Numbered from the stretch's first letter, positions 1-11,226 are shown. The stretch: DNA of 32,000 nt from Mesoplasma florum L1 (GCF_000008305.1 NC_006055.1:120001-152000), one strand, 5' to 3'. Translations and numbers: made by a program. Notes: a model not told the origin generated them from the letters alone.

Positions 1-1
1 T

Positions 2-493
2 CAACGTATCGGTATTGCCAGAGCATTAGTTATGAAACCATCATTTGTAGTTTGTGATGAGCCAATTTCAGCACTAGACGTTTCTATTAGAGCACAAGTT
101 ATTAATTTATTAGCTAAATTCCAATTAGAATTTGACTTAACATATATATTCATTGCTCATGATTTAAGTGTTGTTAGATTTATTGCAAATAGAATTGCAG
201 TTATTTATCGTGGAGATATTGTTGAATTAGCTGATGCTGATGAATTATTCAATAATCCTTTACACCCATATACTAAATCATTATTATCTGCAGTACCATT
301 ACCAGATCCTGATTTAGAGAAAAAGAAAAAAAGTATTAAATACAAACCCGAAGAACAACATTTTGATTACATTACAGATTCACCTAAATGAATCGAAGTT
401 CAAAAAGGACATTTTATATTAGCAAATGAAAGAGAAGTTTCTGCAATAAAATCTGAAAAAAGAAAAATTAAAAAAATCGAGAAAGGAGCATAA
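2..493 (+). CDS. oppF: Oligopeptide ABC transporter ATP-binding protein, C-terminal part (5' end lies outside the window)
   Basis: The frame is open from the window edge. Translation shows QRIGIARAL...[11 protein letters not shown] (Walker B/D-loop), IFIAHDL (H-loop) and [19 protein letters not shown] (the OppD/F-type C-terminal domain). TGA at 389-391 is read as Trp and the true stop is TAA at 491-493. It sits directly upstream of the opp-type binding lipoprotein. Confidence 0.88.
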
Positions 494-495
494 TT

Positions 496-3477
496 ATGAA
501 AAAATTACTTAGTATAATTGCTGCTGGGACTTTAGTTACAACAGCCGGATCAACTTTAGTTTCTTGTGGAATGTCTACAACAAAACTAATGGCAAGAAAA
601 GTAAATACAAAAGAGTATAAAGGTTTCATGACTGCAGCTCTTAATACTTGATCACCTGGTTCAACTATGCAAAACTCAGACTCAATCATATTAGAAAACT
701 TATATGATGGATTATTAACTCCTAATGCTCATGGTGAAATTGAAGGCCAAATGGCTGATTGATGAGGGCATAATGCAAAAGGAACTGAATATTACTTCCA
801 TTTAAGAGATGAAGAAAAAACATCAGAAGATGGAAGAAAAACTGGAATTCCAAAATGAACAGCTGTAAGAAATGGTGAAATTAAAAGCACACAAAATGTT
901 TCTACAATGGATTTCTACAATGCATTTAGATTCACATTTAATCCAAATTCTTCAGCTGATGGAGCTGCTCCAACAAATGGTTTATTTAAAAATGGAACAG
1001 CTTTAGAAGGCATTTTATCTACTATATCTGAATATGATGCAACAGTTCTTGGAGGAGCTAACTTTAGTAGAACAACTGCTCAAGGTGGTGAACAAAATAT
1101 TGGATCTGAATATATTTCAACAAGAAATTTTGACATTATTGTTATGTTAATTAATCTTTGAACAGCAACACCTGAAGGTCAGACTATAATTAATAAATTA
1201 GCTGACGCTAAACTTAATCCAATTTTAGATGTAAATGGAAATCCTACTGGTAAATATGATCGAACACCTGAATTTGATAATTTAATTGCTGAAATGAAAA
1301 AATATCAGGGTGAAACAGCATTCCAAAAATTAATTTCTGATAGTTCACAAAATGGTGGAATGATGGCTATTTCTCTTTCAAGTGAAGGATTAGGAACAGC
1401 TGCATCTTCAAAAGGAACTTATGATACTAGAACAGAACAAATGTATAATATCAGATATACTCTTGAAAATGCATCAACTTCTTTCTTTACTTCTGCGGCT
1501 GGATATGGTTCATTGAAACCATTACCAGATTATGCTGTGAGTTATTCAGATAATCAAAACAGATCATGATATAACTTTTCTAAAAGATATCAACCAAGTC
1601 TTAATGAAATGTGATTTTCAGGAGCTTATTATGTTCAATCATATAAAGCATCTTCTAATACAATTTTATTAAAAAATCCAAATTATTATCAAGCTGATAG
1701 AACATACATTGAAAAATTAATATTTACTTTAACTAGAAGTCAATCAGTTGATTCAAATAGACTTTGATTTGAAGGAGGAGATGCTTCAGAAGTAGCTATT
1801 TCTCCAAACGATGCTAGTGGTTGAAAAAAATATGTTGGTGATGATTATAATTCTGAAGAACAAAAATTTGCATTTGAAGGAACACATGCAACATCAACTG
1901 TTCCAAGTCAATATACATTCACAACATTCTACAATTATGGTAGATTGACAAATGATGGTGAAGATATTTCAAAATCATCTAGAGCTTTAGCACAAAAATC
2001 AGTTAGATTATATTTAAACTATTTTATGCAAAGAACTCAATATCCTGCTTATGTAGCTGGAAAATTAGATAATGATAAAAATACAAAAGAATCATTAGCT
2101 TGAGATGGTGGAGAAGGAAAAAATGTTAAAACTAGATCTTCAACCTTATTAAGAAATACTTTTACAATTCCAAAATTAGCAACTAATGCAACAGAATCTG
2201 AAAATGGAAAAGTTAATGGCATACCAGTTGAAGATTATACAATTCAAAATATAGGTACTGATTACAACGAAATGTATGGTACTAAAAATACTCAATTAGA
2301 ATCATCTGCTTCATCTGTTGAAGAAGAAACTTCAACAAATGCCTCAAGACTTAAAACTTTAGAAGATAATATAACAGTTCCTTATGACAAAGAATTATTA
2401 GAAAATTTCTATAATGAACAATTTGGTTCACTTATTGATGGAAATGATGCTTTTTATCAAAATGATTTAATGGCTTTAGGAATGTTCCTTGATTCTGAAG
2501 GGAAAGTGATTGATGGTCTTCAAACGGACTTAAATAATTTTGCTAATTTAGCTTATACATCAATTGTTGATAGAAGTAAAAATAGTAAAGAACTTGATCA
2601 AAATAATGAAAAAGCTAAAGCAAAAATTTTAGGTGATGTTGTAAGAAAAGATCTTAGATCAAAACAAATTTTAACAAGTGATACTGATTCAATTTCACTT
2701 GAATGACTTTTAAACGGAGCATTAAGATTAACATTAAACCCGAGAGTAGAATACTTAGTTGATCAATTTAATGCAACTGTTGGAGGCTCAAGTCCGATAA
2801 CTTTAAAAACTAAAACATCTAATGACGTTTCAGATTATTTAAACTTATCAAAAATTGGTGATTTTGACATATATGTTAGTGGTTGAGGACCAGATTACAC
2901 GGACCCATACAACTTTTTACATACTTTAATTTGAGGTGGTGAGTATGGGGTTTATACTAATATTGGTAATGTTCTTGAAAGTGATTCAAGTGCAAAAACT
3001 GAATCAGTAAAAGATGAAAACCCAAATGAACCTAATCTAAAAATTAAAGATTCTTTCAAACAGTATGAAAAAGATTATGCTGAAATTAATCAATCAATTA
3101 CTAAATATACAGGTGTAGTTGAAACAGCAAAAGGTCAAGGAGATTTTACAGAAAGATTAAAAACTTTATCAAAAGCTGAAACTTATGCCCTTTATGATGT
3201 TGCTTTGACAACTCCTCTTTACAATAGAACACCAATGAAAACTATTCAGTTATCATACTTAGATCCATTTACTAGATCTTCATTCATAGCAGGAAGTTCA
3301 AATTTAAGATTATTTGGTGTAAAAATGATTGAATCACTTTGAGATAAAGATGCTTTCTTAGCAGCTCAAACTCAATTTGAAAAAGGATCATCAAATGAAG
3401 TAGAAGAATATAAAAAACTTTATGTTTATGACCGTAATTCTGATGGAGAAGTTATTGCAACTCCTAGAAATAAATAA
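496..3477 (+). CDS. oppA: Oligopeptide-type ABC substrate-binding lipoprotein (family-5 SBP), about 993 aa
   Basis: ATG lies 3 nt after the oppF stop. The N-terminus MKKLLSIIAAGTLVTTAGSTLVSCG is a lipoprotein signal with a lipobox Cys. The family-5 SBP hallmark GWGPDYTDPYNFL is near 2880-2920. Track ORFs 907-1161, 1294-1569 and 2272-2706 are all in frame 1 and are joined only by in-frame TGA codons, including a tandem TGA TGA near 760. Stop is TAA at 3475-3477. Confidence 0.86.
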
Positions 3478-3478
3478 G

Positions 3479-3503
3479 AAAGAATGCTTAGCATTCTTTT
3501 TTT
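3479..3503 (+). terminator. Rho-independent terminator after oppA
   Basis: Stem AGAATGC (3481-3487), loop TTA, stem GCATTCT (3491-3497), extended by A:T pairs and followed by a T-run. Confidence 0.75.
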
Positions 3504-3544
3504 ACTTTTTATAAGGGGTGTAAAATATTAAAAAAGGAGAAAGT

Positions 3545-4474
3545 ATGAAAGAAAGAATAATTAATTCTTTGGATGATAATAAAATAAGTATTTATATTTG
3601 AGATGAAGTCAAAAATCCTAAAGCAATTATTCAACTTGTTTATGGTAGTTGTGAACATTCTTTGCGTTATAAAGAATTTGCAAAGAAAATGAATGATAAT
3701 CAAATTATAGTTATAAGTAGTGATCATAGAGGTCATGGAAAGACAGCATTACTAAACAATAAACCATTAGGATATTTTTCAAAAAATAATGGTTGAAATA
3801 TAATTATTTCAGATTTAAAACAGGTTAATTCATTTATTAAAAACCAATATATGAATTTACCAATAATAATGTTAGGACATTCAATGGGAAGTTTTATGGC
3901 TAGAACATACATGATTGATTATCCAAACACAGTTGACGCATATGTAATTAGTGGTACTGCTTGACATAACAAGGCATTGTTAATTTTTTCAAAAAATATA
4001 GCTCATATAAGAAGTAAAATTAATGGTGGTAAAAAGCCAGATAATTTTATTTGAAAATTAAGCTATAAACCACTTAACAAAAAATTTAATTCTAAAAAGG
4101 CAACAGGCTTTGAATGGCTATCAAACGATTCAATTAATAAAAATGAATTTATATTAGACCCTTTAACTGGTCAAGTTTTTTCATCATCAGCATTCAAAGA
4201 TATGTTTTATGGTTTAACATATATTCAAAAAAAATCAAATATTAAAAAAATCAAAAAAAGCACTCCTATTTTATTAATTTCTGGTAAAGAAGACCCAGTA
4301 GGAAACTATGGAAAAATGGTATTAAAAACAAATAAAATATTTAGGCAAAATAATTTAAATGTTAAAGTTAATCTTTATGAAAATCAAAGACATGAAATTT
4401 TATTTGATGAGAAAAAAAGTAAAGTTGAAAAAGATATTATTGTTTTCATAAATGAAACTTTACAAAATAAATAA
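3545..4474 (+). CDS. Alpha/beta-hydrolase, lysophospholipase / monoglyceride-lipase-like
   Basis: AAGGAGA RBS precedes the ATG at 3545. Nucleophile elbow GHSMGS is present, with HRGHGKT upstream, and candidate acid and His residues in SGKEDPV and QRHEILFD. Several in-frame TGA codons occur. Track ORF 4202-4474 is its C-terminus in the same frame. Confidence 0.8.
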
Positions 4475-4531
4475 ATCACTATTTCTTGCTGAACTACTAA
4501 AACTTTAAAATAACACTAATTATTGCAAAAT

Positions 4532-4540
4532 TGGTATAAT
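4532..4540 (+). promoter_or_regulatory. Candidate extended -10 promoter (TGGTATAAT) for ftsK
   Basis: TGnTATAAT match with TATAAT at 4535-4540, about 25 nt upstream of the ftsK ATG. No good -35 is present. No terminator is visible between the hydrolase gene and ftsK, so read-through is also possible. Confidence 0.4.
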
Positions 4541-4564
4541 TATATTATTGCAAAGGGTGATAAC

Positions 4565-7426
4565 ATGGAAAAAAATAAAGATGAAAAGTTTTTAGCTAAT
4601 TACGAATGAAATGAAGAAAAAACTGCCGCATTTGTGACGACTAAGCAAAAAAGAAGAAATGACTCTATATCATGAATGGTTACAGGATTAGTTATCTTGT
4701 TTATTACTGTATTCTCATTAGGGAGAATTACTGTTATAGGTCAATTCTTAGATGACGTTTTCTTTAATTTTATTTTTGGTTGATTCAAATACTTTATTTA
4801 CATAGTACTATTTATAGTAGATCTATGTATATTTTCGGGTATAAGATTTAAATTCAAAAAGAGATTTTTATTCATGGTTATATCATCTTTTATCTTATTG
4901 TGTTGATTAATATCTCTAATACTTTTTACACAAATAATAGCTTCAAAAAATGAAAATTTAAATAAATTGTGACAAGCCAATTTCTTTGCACAAATGTTCA
5001 ACGTATATGCAAAAGAATGAGTTGATCATTCAATATTTTCAGGACAATACTATAAAGAAGTGATTGATTACTTCTTAAAAACAGGTTCAGATGGATATTT
5101 CAACTTATATAGTGGTGGTGGTATAACTGGCACTTTAATGGTAGGCATAACATCATATTTATCAATAGTAGGTTCATATATTTTATTAGTATTCTTAATG
5201 TTCATTAATGGAATGTGAATCTTTACAGGAGATCCAATTTTCTTATTCAAACCAAAAGCAAAAAGAAAAGGGAAAGCTTTAAGAATATTAACTTTAAAAT
5301 CAAAAAGAAATCCTAATTCTAAAAGACCAGTTGCTGTTCAAAACGAAATTCATGCAGAACCAAAAAACGAAAAAAATGGATGAGAATCAATTAATGTATT
5401 TGGTAATATGTCATTTGATGAAGAACAGGAAATTAAAACTAGTGATTTAACTATTCAAATGCCTTCTTATGTAAAAAAAGAAGACAAAGAACTATTGGAT
5501 AAAATTTATCAAGAACAACAATTAGAATGCTCTTTACCAGAAGAAGTTTTAGACTCAAATTATATTGAACAAAATATGCCTAATGAAAATGATTTAAGTG
5601 CTGTTGTTGAAGAACAACAATTAGATCCTCACAGACCTCGCTTTGTTTCAAGAAGAGTTTCAGAAAATAATCAAGTTGAAAGAGTTGTTAAAAATCCTGA
5701 TTTAAGACCTATCACTCAAAATAATGAGATGATTGTAAAATCAGAAAACATTTTAAATAGTAATGAAGAATTAAAAGTAGAAGAAATCAAAGATACAACT
5801 ATTGATGGTGATGATACTTTCTTTGATGCTATTTATGAAGAACAAGAAACTAAAAAAGTAAGCGAAACTTTAGAAGCTCTTGAAGCTTTAAATAAATATG
5901 AAGAAAAATACGATTTAAAAGAAGAATCACCATTACAAAAAGAAGTTGAAACACCAATCATTTCAGCTCTTGAAGAACCTATTATTCAAGCGCCTCTTAT
6001 TGAAGAACCTGTTGTTGAAGAGCCACAAATTATAATAAATAAAAATTATAAACTTCCTCCAGTTGATGTTTTAGCTGTTATGGAAAAAGACTACAACAAA
6101 GAAAGAGCAAACAAAGAAAACGCTGCTTTAAAAGCTCTAGCAATTGATGAGACTTTTAAACAATTTGGAGTTAAAGCAAAAGTTATTAATTCAATTATAG
6201 GACCAAGTGTTATGAAATTTGAAATTCAAGCAGAACCAGGTGTAAAAGTTAATAGTATAACAAACCTAGAAAATGATTTAAAATTAGCTTTAGCAACTCA
6301 AAACATGCGTTTAGAAGCACCGATACCTGGTAAAAATTTAATTGGTATTGAATTAGCTAATGCAAGTTCTGAAATGGTTTCAATGAGAGAAATTATTGAA
6401 TCAATACCAAAAGAACAAGAAAATGAAAAATTACTTTTTGTTTTAGGAAAAAATGTTTTAGGTGAACCTTTAACTGCTCAATTAAATAAAATGCCTCACT
6501 TACTTGTTGCTGGTTCAACAGGAAGTGGTAAATCAGTTATGATTAATGCATTAATTTGTTCAATTCTTTTAAGAGCAAAACCAAATGAAGTTAAATTCTT
6601 GATGATAGACCCTAAAAAAGTTGAACTTTCAGTTTATTCAAGAGTGCCTCATATGTTAGCCCCAGTTATTTCAGATATGAAACAAGCTGCTAATGCATTG
6701 AAAATGGTTGTTGCTGAAATGGAAAGACGTTATGAACTATTTATGAGCCTAGGTGTTAGAAACATTGATGGTTACAACAGAAAAGTAACAGGTTCTAAAA
6801 AAATGCCATTCCAAGTTATTATTATTGATGAACTTGCAGATTTAATGATGACTGGTGATAGAAAACAAGTTGAAGAATCAATTATGAGAATTACTCAAAT
6901 GGCACGTGCTGCAGGTATTCACTTAATTGTTGCAACTCAAAGACCATCAACAGATGTTATTACAGGAACAATTAAAACTAATATACCAACAAGAATTGCA
7001 TTCGCTGTTACAACTGGAATTGACTCAAGAACAATTTTAGATTCAACTGGAGCCGAAAACCTTTTAGGTAGAGGAGATATGTTATTTATGCCACCTGGTG
7101 GAGGAGATCTTATGAGAGCTCAAGGTGCTTATTTAAGTGATGAAGAAATCGAAGAAATAGTAGACTTTACAATTGCTCAACAACAAGCAGTATATGCTGA
7201 TGAATTTGATCAAGATAATCTAAAAACAGTTGGTTCTACTGATGAATTATATTCATTAGTTAAAGAATTTGTAATTGAAAAACAAGACGCATCTTCATCA
7301 TCTATTAAAGGTAAATTTAGAATTGCTGATGCTAGAGCAACAAATATTCTAAACCAATTAGAAGATGAAGGGGTTGTTGGGCCTAAAAATGGTTCAAGAC
7401 CAAGAGAAGTATTAGTTAAAAAATAA
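4565..7426 (+). CDS. ftsK: DNA translocase FtsK/SpoIIIE
   Basis: ATG at 4565 follows AAAGGGTGA. The N-terminal roughly 280 aa is hydrophobic (multi-TM) and readable only with TGA=Trp. It is in the same frame as track ORF 5408-7426. Motor motifs are VAGSTGSGKS (Walker A), IIIDELADLM (Walker B) and LIVATQRPS. A C-terminal winged-helix-like gamma domain is present. Confidence 0.95.
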
Positions 7427-7452
7427 AACCCTCAGTTTAGGGTTTTATTTTT
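7425..7452 (+). terminator. Rho-independent terminator after ftsK
   Basis: AAAACCCT (7425-7432), loop cagttt, AGGGTTTT (7439-7446), then ATTTTT. Confidence 0.8.
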
Positions 7453-7477
7453 CTAAGAGAATAGAAAGGAAAGCTAT

Positions 7478-9244
7478 ATGGAATTAAAAAATAAAGTTAG
7501 TAATTTACCAAGTAAACCTGGTTGTTATTTATATTTAAATAAAGACAAACACGTAATTTACGTAGGGAAAGCAAAGAATCTTAAAAAGAGAGTTTCATCT
7601 TATTTTGATAGAGCACAAAATTTAAAAACTACTAGGCTAGTTCGTGAAATTGCTGATCTTGAATATTTTGTTGTATCAAATGAAAAAGAATCGTTACTAT
7701 TAGAAGAAAACTTAATTAAAAAATATAGACCAAAATACAATGTTTTATTGAATGATGACAAAGCTTATCCTTATATTATTATCACAAATGAAAAAGACCC
7801 AACTTATAAATATGTTAGAAAACTAGATAAAAAGGCATTCAGAAGTTTTGGCCCATTACCAATTGGTTCTAATGCAAGAGAAACATTAATAACACTACAA
7901 AGACTCTTTCCTTTAAGAAGATGCAAAGGAAATTTGGGAAAACCTTGTCTACATTATTTTATTGGTCAGTGTAGTGGTGCTTGTTTTAAAGAAGTTAACA
8001 AGGAATATTATCAAGAACAAATTAAGAGAGTTGACAATTTCTTTAAGGGTAATATAAATGAAGTTAAAACATTATTAACAAATCAAATGCATAAAGCTGC
8101 AGAAAATTTACAATTTGAAGAAGCTCAGAGAATAAAAGAACAAATCATAAGTCTTGATTTTACTACAACAAAACAAAACGTTGAATTTAAAAGTCAAACT
8201 GATGTTGATGTGATAAGTTATTTTATTGAAGATGAAAAAATTGCTATTGTTACTTTATTCTATAGATCTGGTAAATTACTTTTTAAAGATGAACATATAC
8301 AGTTATATTTTGAGCAAGACATAACAGATTTAATTGATTCATTCATGTCTCAAATTTATGATAAAAATATTCTTCCAGATAAAATTATTGTTGATAATGA
8401 AGTAGAACTGTTTGATTTAAATGAAAAATATAAATCTATATCAACACATCCGATAAAAGAAGATGAAAAAATAATTTATAAATTAGCAACTGAAAATGCA
8501 CAAGAGGCAATTAGGAAATCTAAAATATCAACAACAATAAATATAGGTAATGAAAATGAATTATTGTTAGAGCTGCAAGAAAAAGCAAATTTACAAAAAG
8601 AACCGTACAGACTTGAGATGTTTGACATTTCAAATATAGGTAATGAATTTATTGTTGGAAGTTGTGTTGTTTATATTAATGGAAAACCAGCAAGAAATGA
8701 ATTTAGAAAATATAATATTGAAAGTAAATTTACATCAGATTATGATAGATTAAAAGAAATGTTATATAGAAGGTTTCAAAAAGCACTAATTGAAAAAAGA
8801 ATGTTACCAGATTTAATAATAATGGACGGTGGTATCATTCAAATTCATGCTGCTAAAGAAATAATAAATGCTTTAGGACTATCAGAAATACAAGTAATAG
8901 GTTTAGTTAAAGATGAACATCATAATACATCTTTTTTAATTGATACTAATGAAGAACAAGTAATCATTAAGGATAAACCAAAATTGTTTAACTGATTAAG
9001 TAGCATTCAAGTTAGGGTAGATGAATATGCTAAGTCAGGGTTTAGAAAAAAACAAAATAATTCTTTCTTAAAATCTGATTTAGAACAAATTGAGGGATTA
9101 GGTAAAAAAAGAATACAAGATCTTTTCAAAAAGTTCAATACAATAAATGAAATTGAAAGTGCCGACCAAGAAGAACTCTTCAAAATTTTAAAAAATAAGA
9201 AAGCTTTAGACAACCTGAACATATATTTAAAGAACAGAAAATAG
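7478..9244 (+). CDS. uvrC: Excinuclease ABC subunit C
   Basis: GIY-YIG N-terminus (PGCYLYLNKDKHVIYVGKAKNLKKRV), a UVR-domain segment (FEEAQRIKEQI), and a C-terminal (HhH)2 (IEGLGKKRIQDL). Track ORF 7478-8995 ends at a TGA that reads through to TAG at 9242-9244. Confidence 0.95.
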
Positions 9245-9302
9245 ATACAAATTTAAGAACAAATAATATATAATTAAAAAGTTAATGAATTAGGAGACAA
9301 AC

Positions 9303-9773
9303 ATGGCAAAAGAAATAATCTTAACTCAAGAAGGTATTGAGGAATTAAAACACGAATTAAAACACTTATTAGAAGTTGTTCGTCCACAAGTAATTGAAGA
9401 ATTAGTAGAAGCACGTAATCAAGGAGATTTAAGTGAAAATGCTGATTATGATGCAGCTCGTAATCGTCAAGCTGAAGTTGAAGCAAGAATAAAAGAACTT
9501 GAAACAATGATAAGCAAAGCAAAATTAATTGAAGATTCTTCTACAACTGATGGAGCAATTAAAATTGGTTCAAAAGTTAAATTCATCATGTTAAATACTA
9601 AACAAACAAGAGAAGTTAAAATTGTAGGAGCTGTTGAAGCTGATCCATTTAAAGGTTTAATTTCAAATGAATCACCAATAGCTAAAGCAATTTTAGGAAA
9701 AAAAGTTGGGGAATCAGTTGAAGTTAAAGATATCAATGCGCCTTACTCAATTGAAATCAAAGAAGTTAATTAA
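9303..9773 (+). CDS. greA: Transcription elongation factor GreA
   Basis: AGGAGA RBS is present. N-terminal coiled coil contains the acidic tip NQGDLSENADYDAAR. The C-terminal globular domain carries SNESPIAKAILGKKVGE. Confidence 0.95.
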   Translation: MAKEIILTQEGIEELKHELKHLLEVVRPQVIEELVEARNQGDLSENADYDAARNRQAEVEARIKELETMISKAKLIEDSSTTDGAIKIGSKVKFIMLNTKQTREVKIVGAVEADPFKGLISNESPIAKAILGKKVGESVEVKDINAPYSIEIKEVN

Positions 9774-9774
9774 T

Positions 9775-9800
9775 AATTACCCTTTTGGGTAATTTTATTT
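9775..9800 (+). terminator. Rho-independent terminator after greA
   Basis: AATTACCC (9775-9782), loop TTTT, GGGTAATT (9787-9794), then a T-rich tail. Confidence 0.8.
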
Positions 9801-9811
9801 TAAGGAGAGTT

Positions 9812-10684
9812 ATGAGAAATCAATCAACATTTAAAAATGATAAACCTACAATATATTTAGTTGGTACACCAATTGGTAATTTAGAAGATATAAGTTTTAG
9901 AGCATTAGAAACACTTAAAAAAGTTTCAGTTATTTGTTGTGAAGACACCAGAACAAGTCAAACATTTTTAAAAAAATATGAGATTAATAAAAAACTTATT
10001 TCTCTTCATAAATATAATGAATCTGAAAGGATTGAAGAAATAATAAAAATTTTAGATGATAAAAATGATGTAGCTATAATTAGTGATGCTGGTTGCCCAG
10101 CTATAAGTGATCCGGGCGCAAACTTTATTAAAGAAATTTTAAATATTTATGATTGTAATGTTACAAGCGTTAATGTTGGTCCTGCGTATATCCACGCAAT
10201 TGTGGCAAGTGGATACACAGCTAAAGAAAACTATTTTCATGGCTTTTTAGAAAATAAAAGTGATAAATCTAAAGTTGATGAACTTAAAGATATGTTAAAC
10301 AAAAATTCAAAGTCAATAATAAGTTTTTATGAATCAGTTCATAGAATTAAAGATACAATTTCAAAAATGAGTGAAATTTTAAATTCAAATCAAAGTGTTT
10401 TAATAGGTAGAGAACTTACAAAACTAAATGAACAATATATCCAAGGAGAAATTGAAGTTGTTAATAATTTTGTACAAAGCGAAGAATTTATTTTAAAAGG
10501 TGAAATTGTCATTGTAGTAGATACTCAAAAACAACAAGTAGATGCAATTAATGATAATGAAATAATTTTGCTTGTTGAAGAAGAAATAAAACAAGGTTAT
10601 AAGTTGAAACAAGCTTGTGATATCGTTGGTGCAAAGATTAATAAATCTAAAAATGAGGTTTATCAAATATTTATTAAAAAGTAG
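9812..10684 (+). CDS. rsmI: 16S rRNA (cytidine1402-2'-O)-methyltransferase
   Basis: AAGGAGAG RBS precedes the ATG at 9812. Tetrapyrrole-methylase-fold motifs are YLVGTPIGNLEDIS, CEDTR and ISDAGCPAISDPG. Confidence 0.9.
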   Translation: MRNQSTFKNDKPTIYLVGTPIGNLEDISFRALETLKKVSVICCEDTRTSQTFLKKYEINKKLISLHKYNESERIEEIIKILDDKNDVAIISDAGCPAISDPGANFIKEILNIYDCNVTSVNVGPAYIHAIVASGYTAKENYFHGFLENKSDKSKVDELKDMLNKNSKSIISFYESVHRIKDTISKMSEILNSNQSVLIGRELTKLNEQYIQGEIEVVNNFVQSEEFILKGEIVIVVDTQKQQVDAINDNEIILLVEEEIKQGYKLKQACDIVGAKINKSKNEVYQIFIKK

Positions 10685-10692
10685 ATTTTCAA

Positions 10693-10721
10693 TTGACAAA
10701 TCAATGTAATTTTAAGATAAT
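10693..10721 (+). promoter_or_regulatory. Sigma-70-type promoter for tRNA-His
   Basis: TTGACA (10693-10698), a 17-nt spacer, then GATAAT (10716-10721). The tRNA 5' end is about 19 nt downstream of the -10. Confidence 0.6.
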
Positions 10722-10739
10722 AAAAACGTTATCTTTTAT

Positions 10740-10816
10740 GGCGCCGGTGGTGAAGTGGTTAACACATCAGGTTGTGGCTCTGACATTCGCGGGTTCGATT
10801 CCCGTTCGGCGCCCCA
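10740..10816 (+). tRNA. tRNA-His (anticodon GTG) with genome-encoded G-1 and 3' CCA
   Basis: I folded the cloverleaf by hand. Acceptor is GCGCCGG/TCGGCGC and the extra 5' G at 10740 pairs with C73. The D-loop contains GG. Anticodon stem is TCAGG/TCTGA with loop TTGTGGC (anticodon GTG at 10774-10776). T-arm is GCGGG-TTCGATT-CCCGT and CCA lies at 10814-10816. Confidence 0.93.
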
Positions 10817-10831
10817 TTAAGTAAAAAACAA

Positions 10832-10851
10832 AGCAGGTAGTAATACCTGCT
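10832..10851. terminator. Bidirectional terminator shared by tRNA-His (+) and the rhodanese gene (-)
   Basis: AGCAGGTA (10832-10839), loop GTAA, TACCTGCT (10844-10851). An A-run lies on the left and a T-run on the right, and it sits 3 nt from the minus-strand stop codon. Confidence 0.8.
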
Positions 10852-10853
10852 TT

Positions 10854-11153
10854 TTATTTTAATTCATATAGACCACCATGAAGAACAAAAACATTAGGAT
10901 AACCCATTTGTCTATATGTTTTTGCGGTTAATCCACTTCTTGAACCATAGTTGCAAACAATTATCATTTTCTCATTTTTATTTGGAAAAAGTCTTTCAGC
11001 ATTTTTTATAACACCTGGATACGGAATGTTGTGAGAACCTTTGTAACTTAGTCCCGTCATTTCATCTTCGCCGATACTGCGAACATCAATAACTATATAT
11101 CCTTCGTCAACTAATTTATAAAATTCATTTTTACTTATTTCATAATTATTCAT
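10854..11153 (-). CDS. Single-domain rhodanese-like sulfurtransferase
   Basis: 99 aa. Layout is rhodanese-like (IVIDVRS...E near the N-terminus) with the active-site loop VCNYGSRSG and a C-terminal GGLYE. Confidence 0.8.
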   Translation of the reverse strand: MNNYEISKNEFYKLVDEGYIVIDVRSIGEDEMTGLSYKGSHNIPYPGVIKNAERLFPNKNEKMIIVCNYGSRSGLTAKTYRQMGYPNVFVLHGGLYELK

Positions 11154-11226
11154 AATTCAATCCTTTTTATATAAATATTATCTCACTAATAAGTTAAAAT
11201 TATTAAAAGATTAATGTGGGGGTTTT

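Noticed and set aside
496-3477. I looked for a Walker A (GxxxxGK[ST]) motif in OppA, by analogy with the reported ecto-ATPase activity of Mycoplasma hominis OppA.
   Set aside because: My translation contains no such motif, and the closest strings (PTGKYD, GEGKNV) do not fit it.
9785-9811. The track places the rsmI start at TTG 9785 (MGNFILRRV...).
   Set aside because: That codon lies inside the greA terminator hairpin (9775-9800). ATG 9812 has an AAGGAGAG RBS at the proper spacing, and the conserved methyltransferase fold starts just after it.
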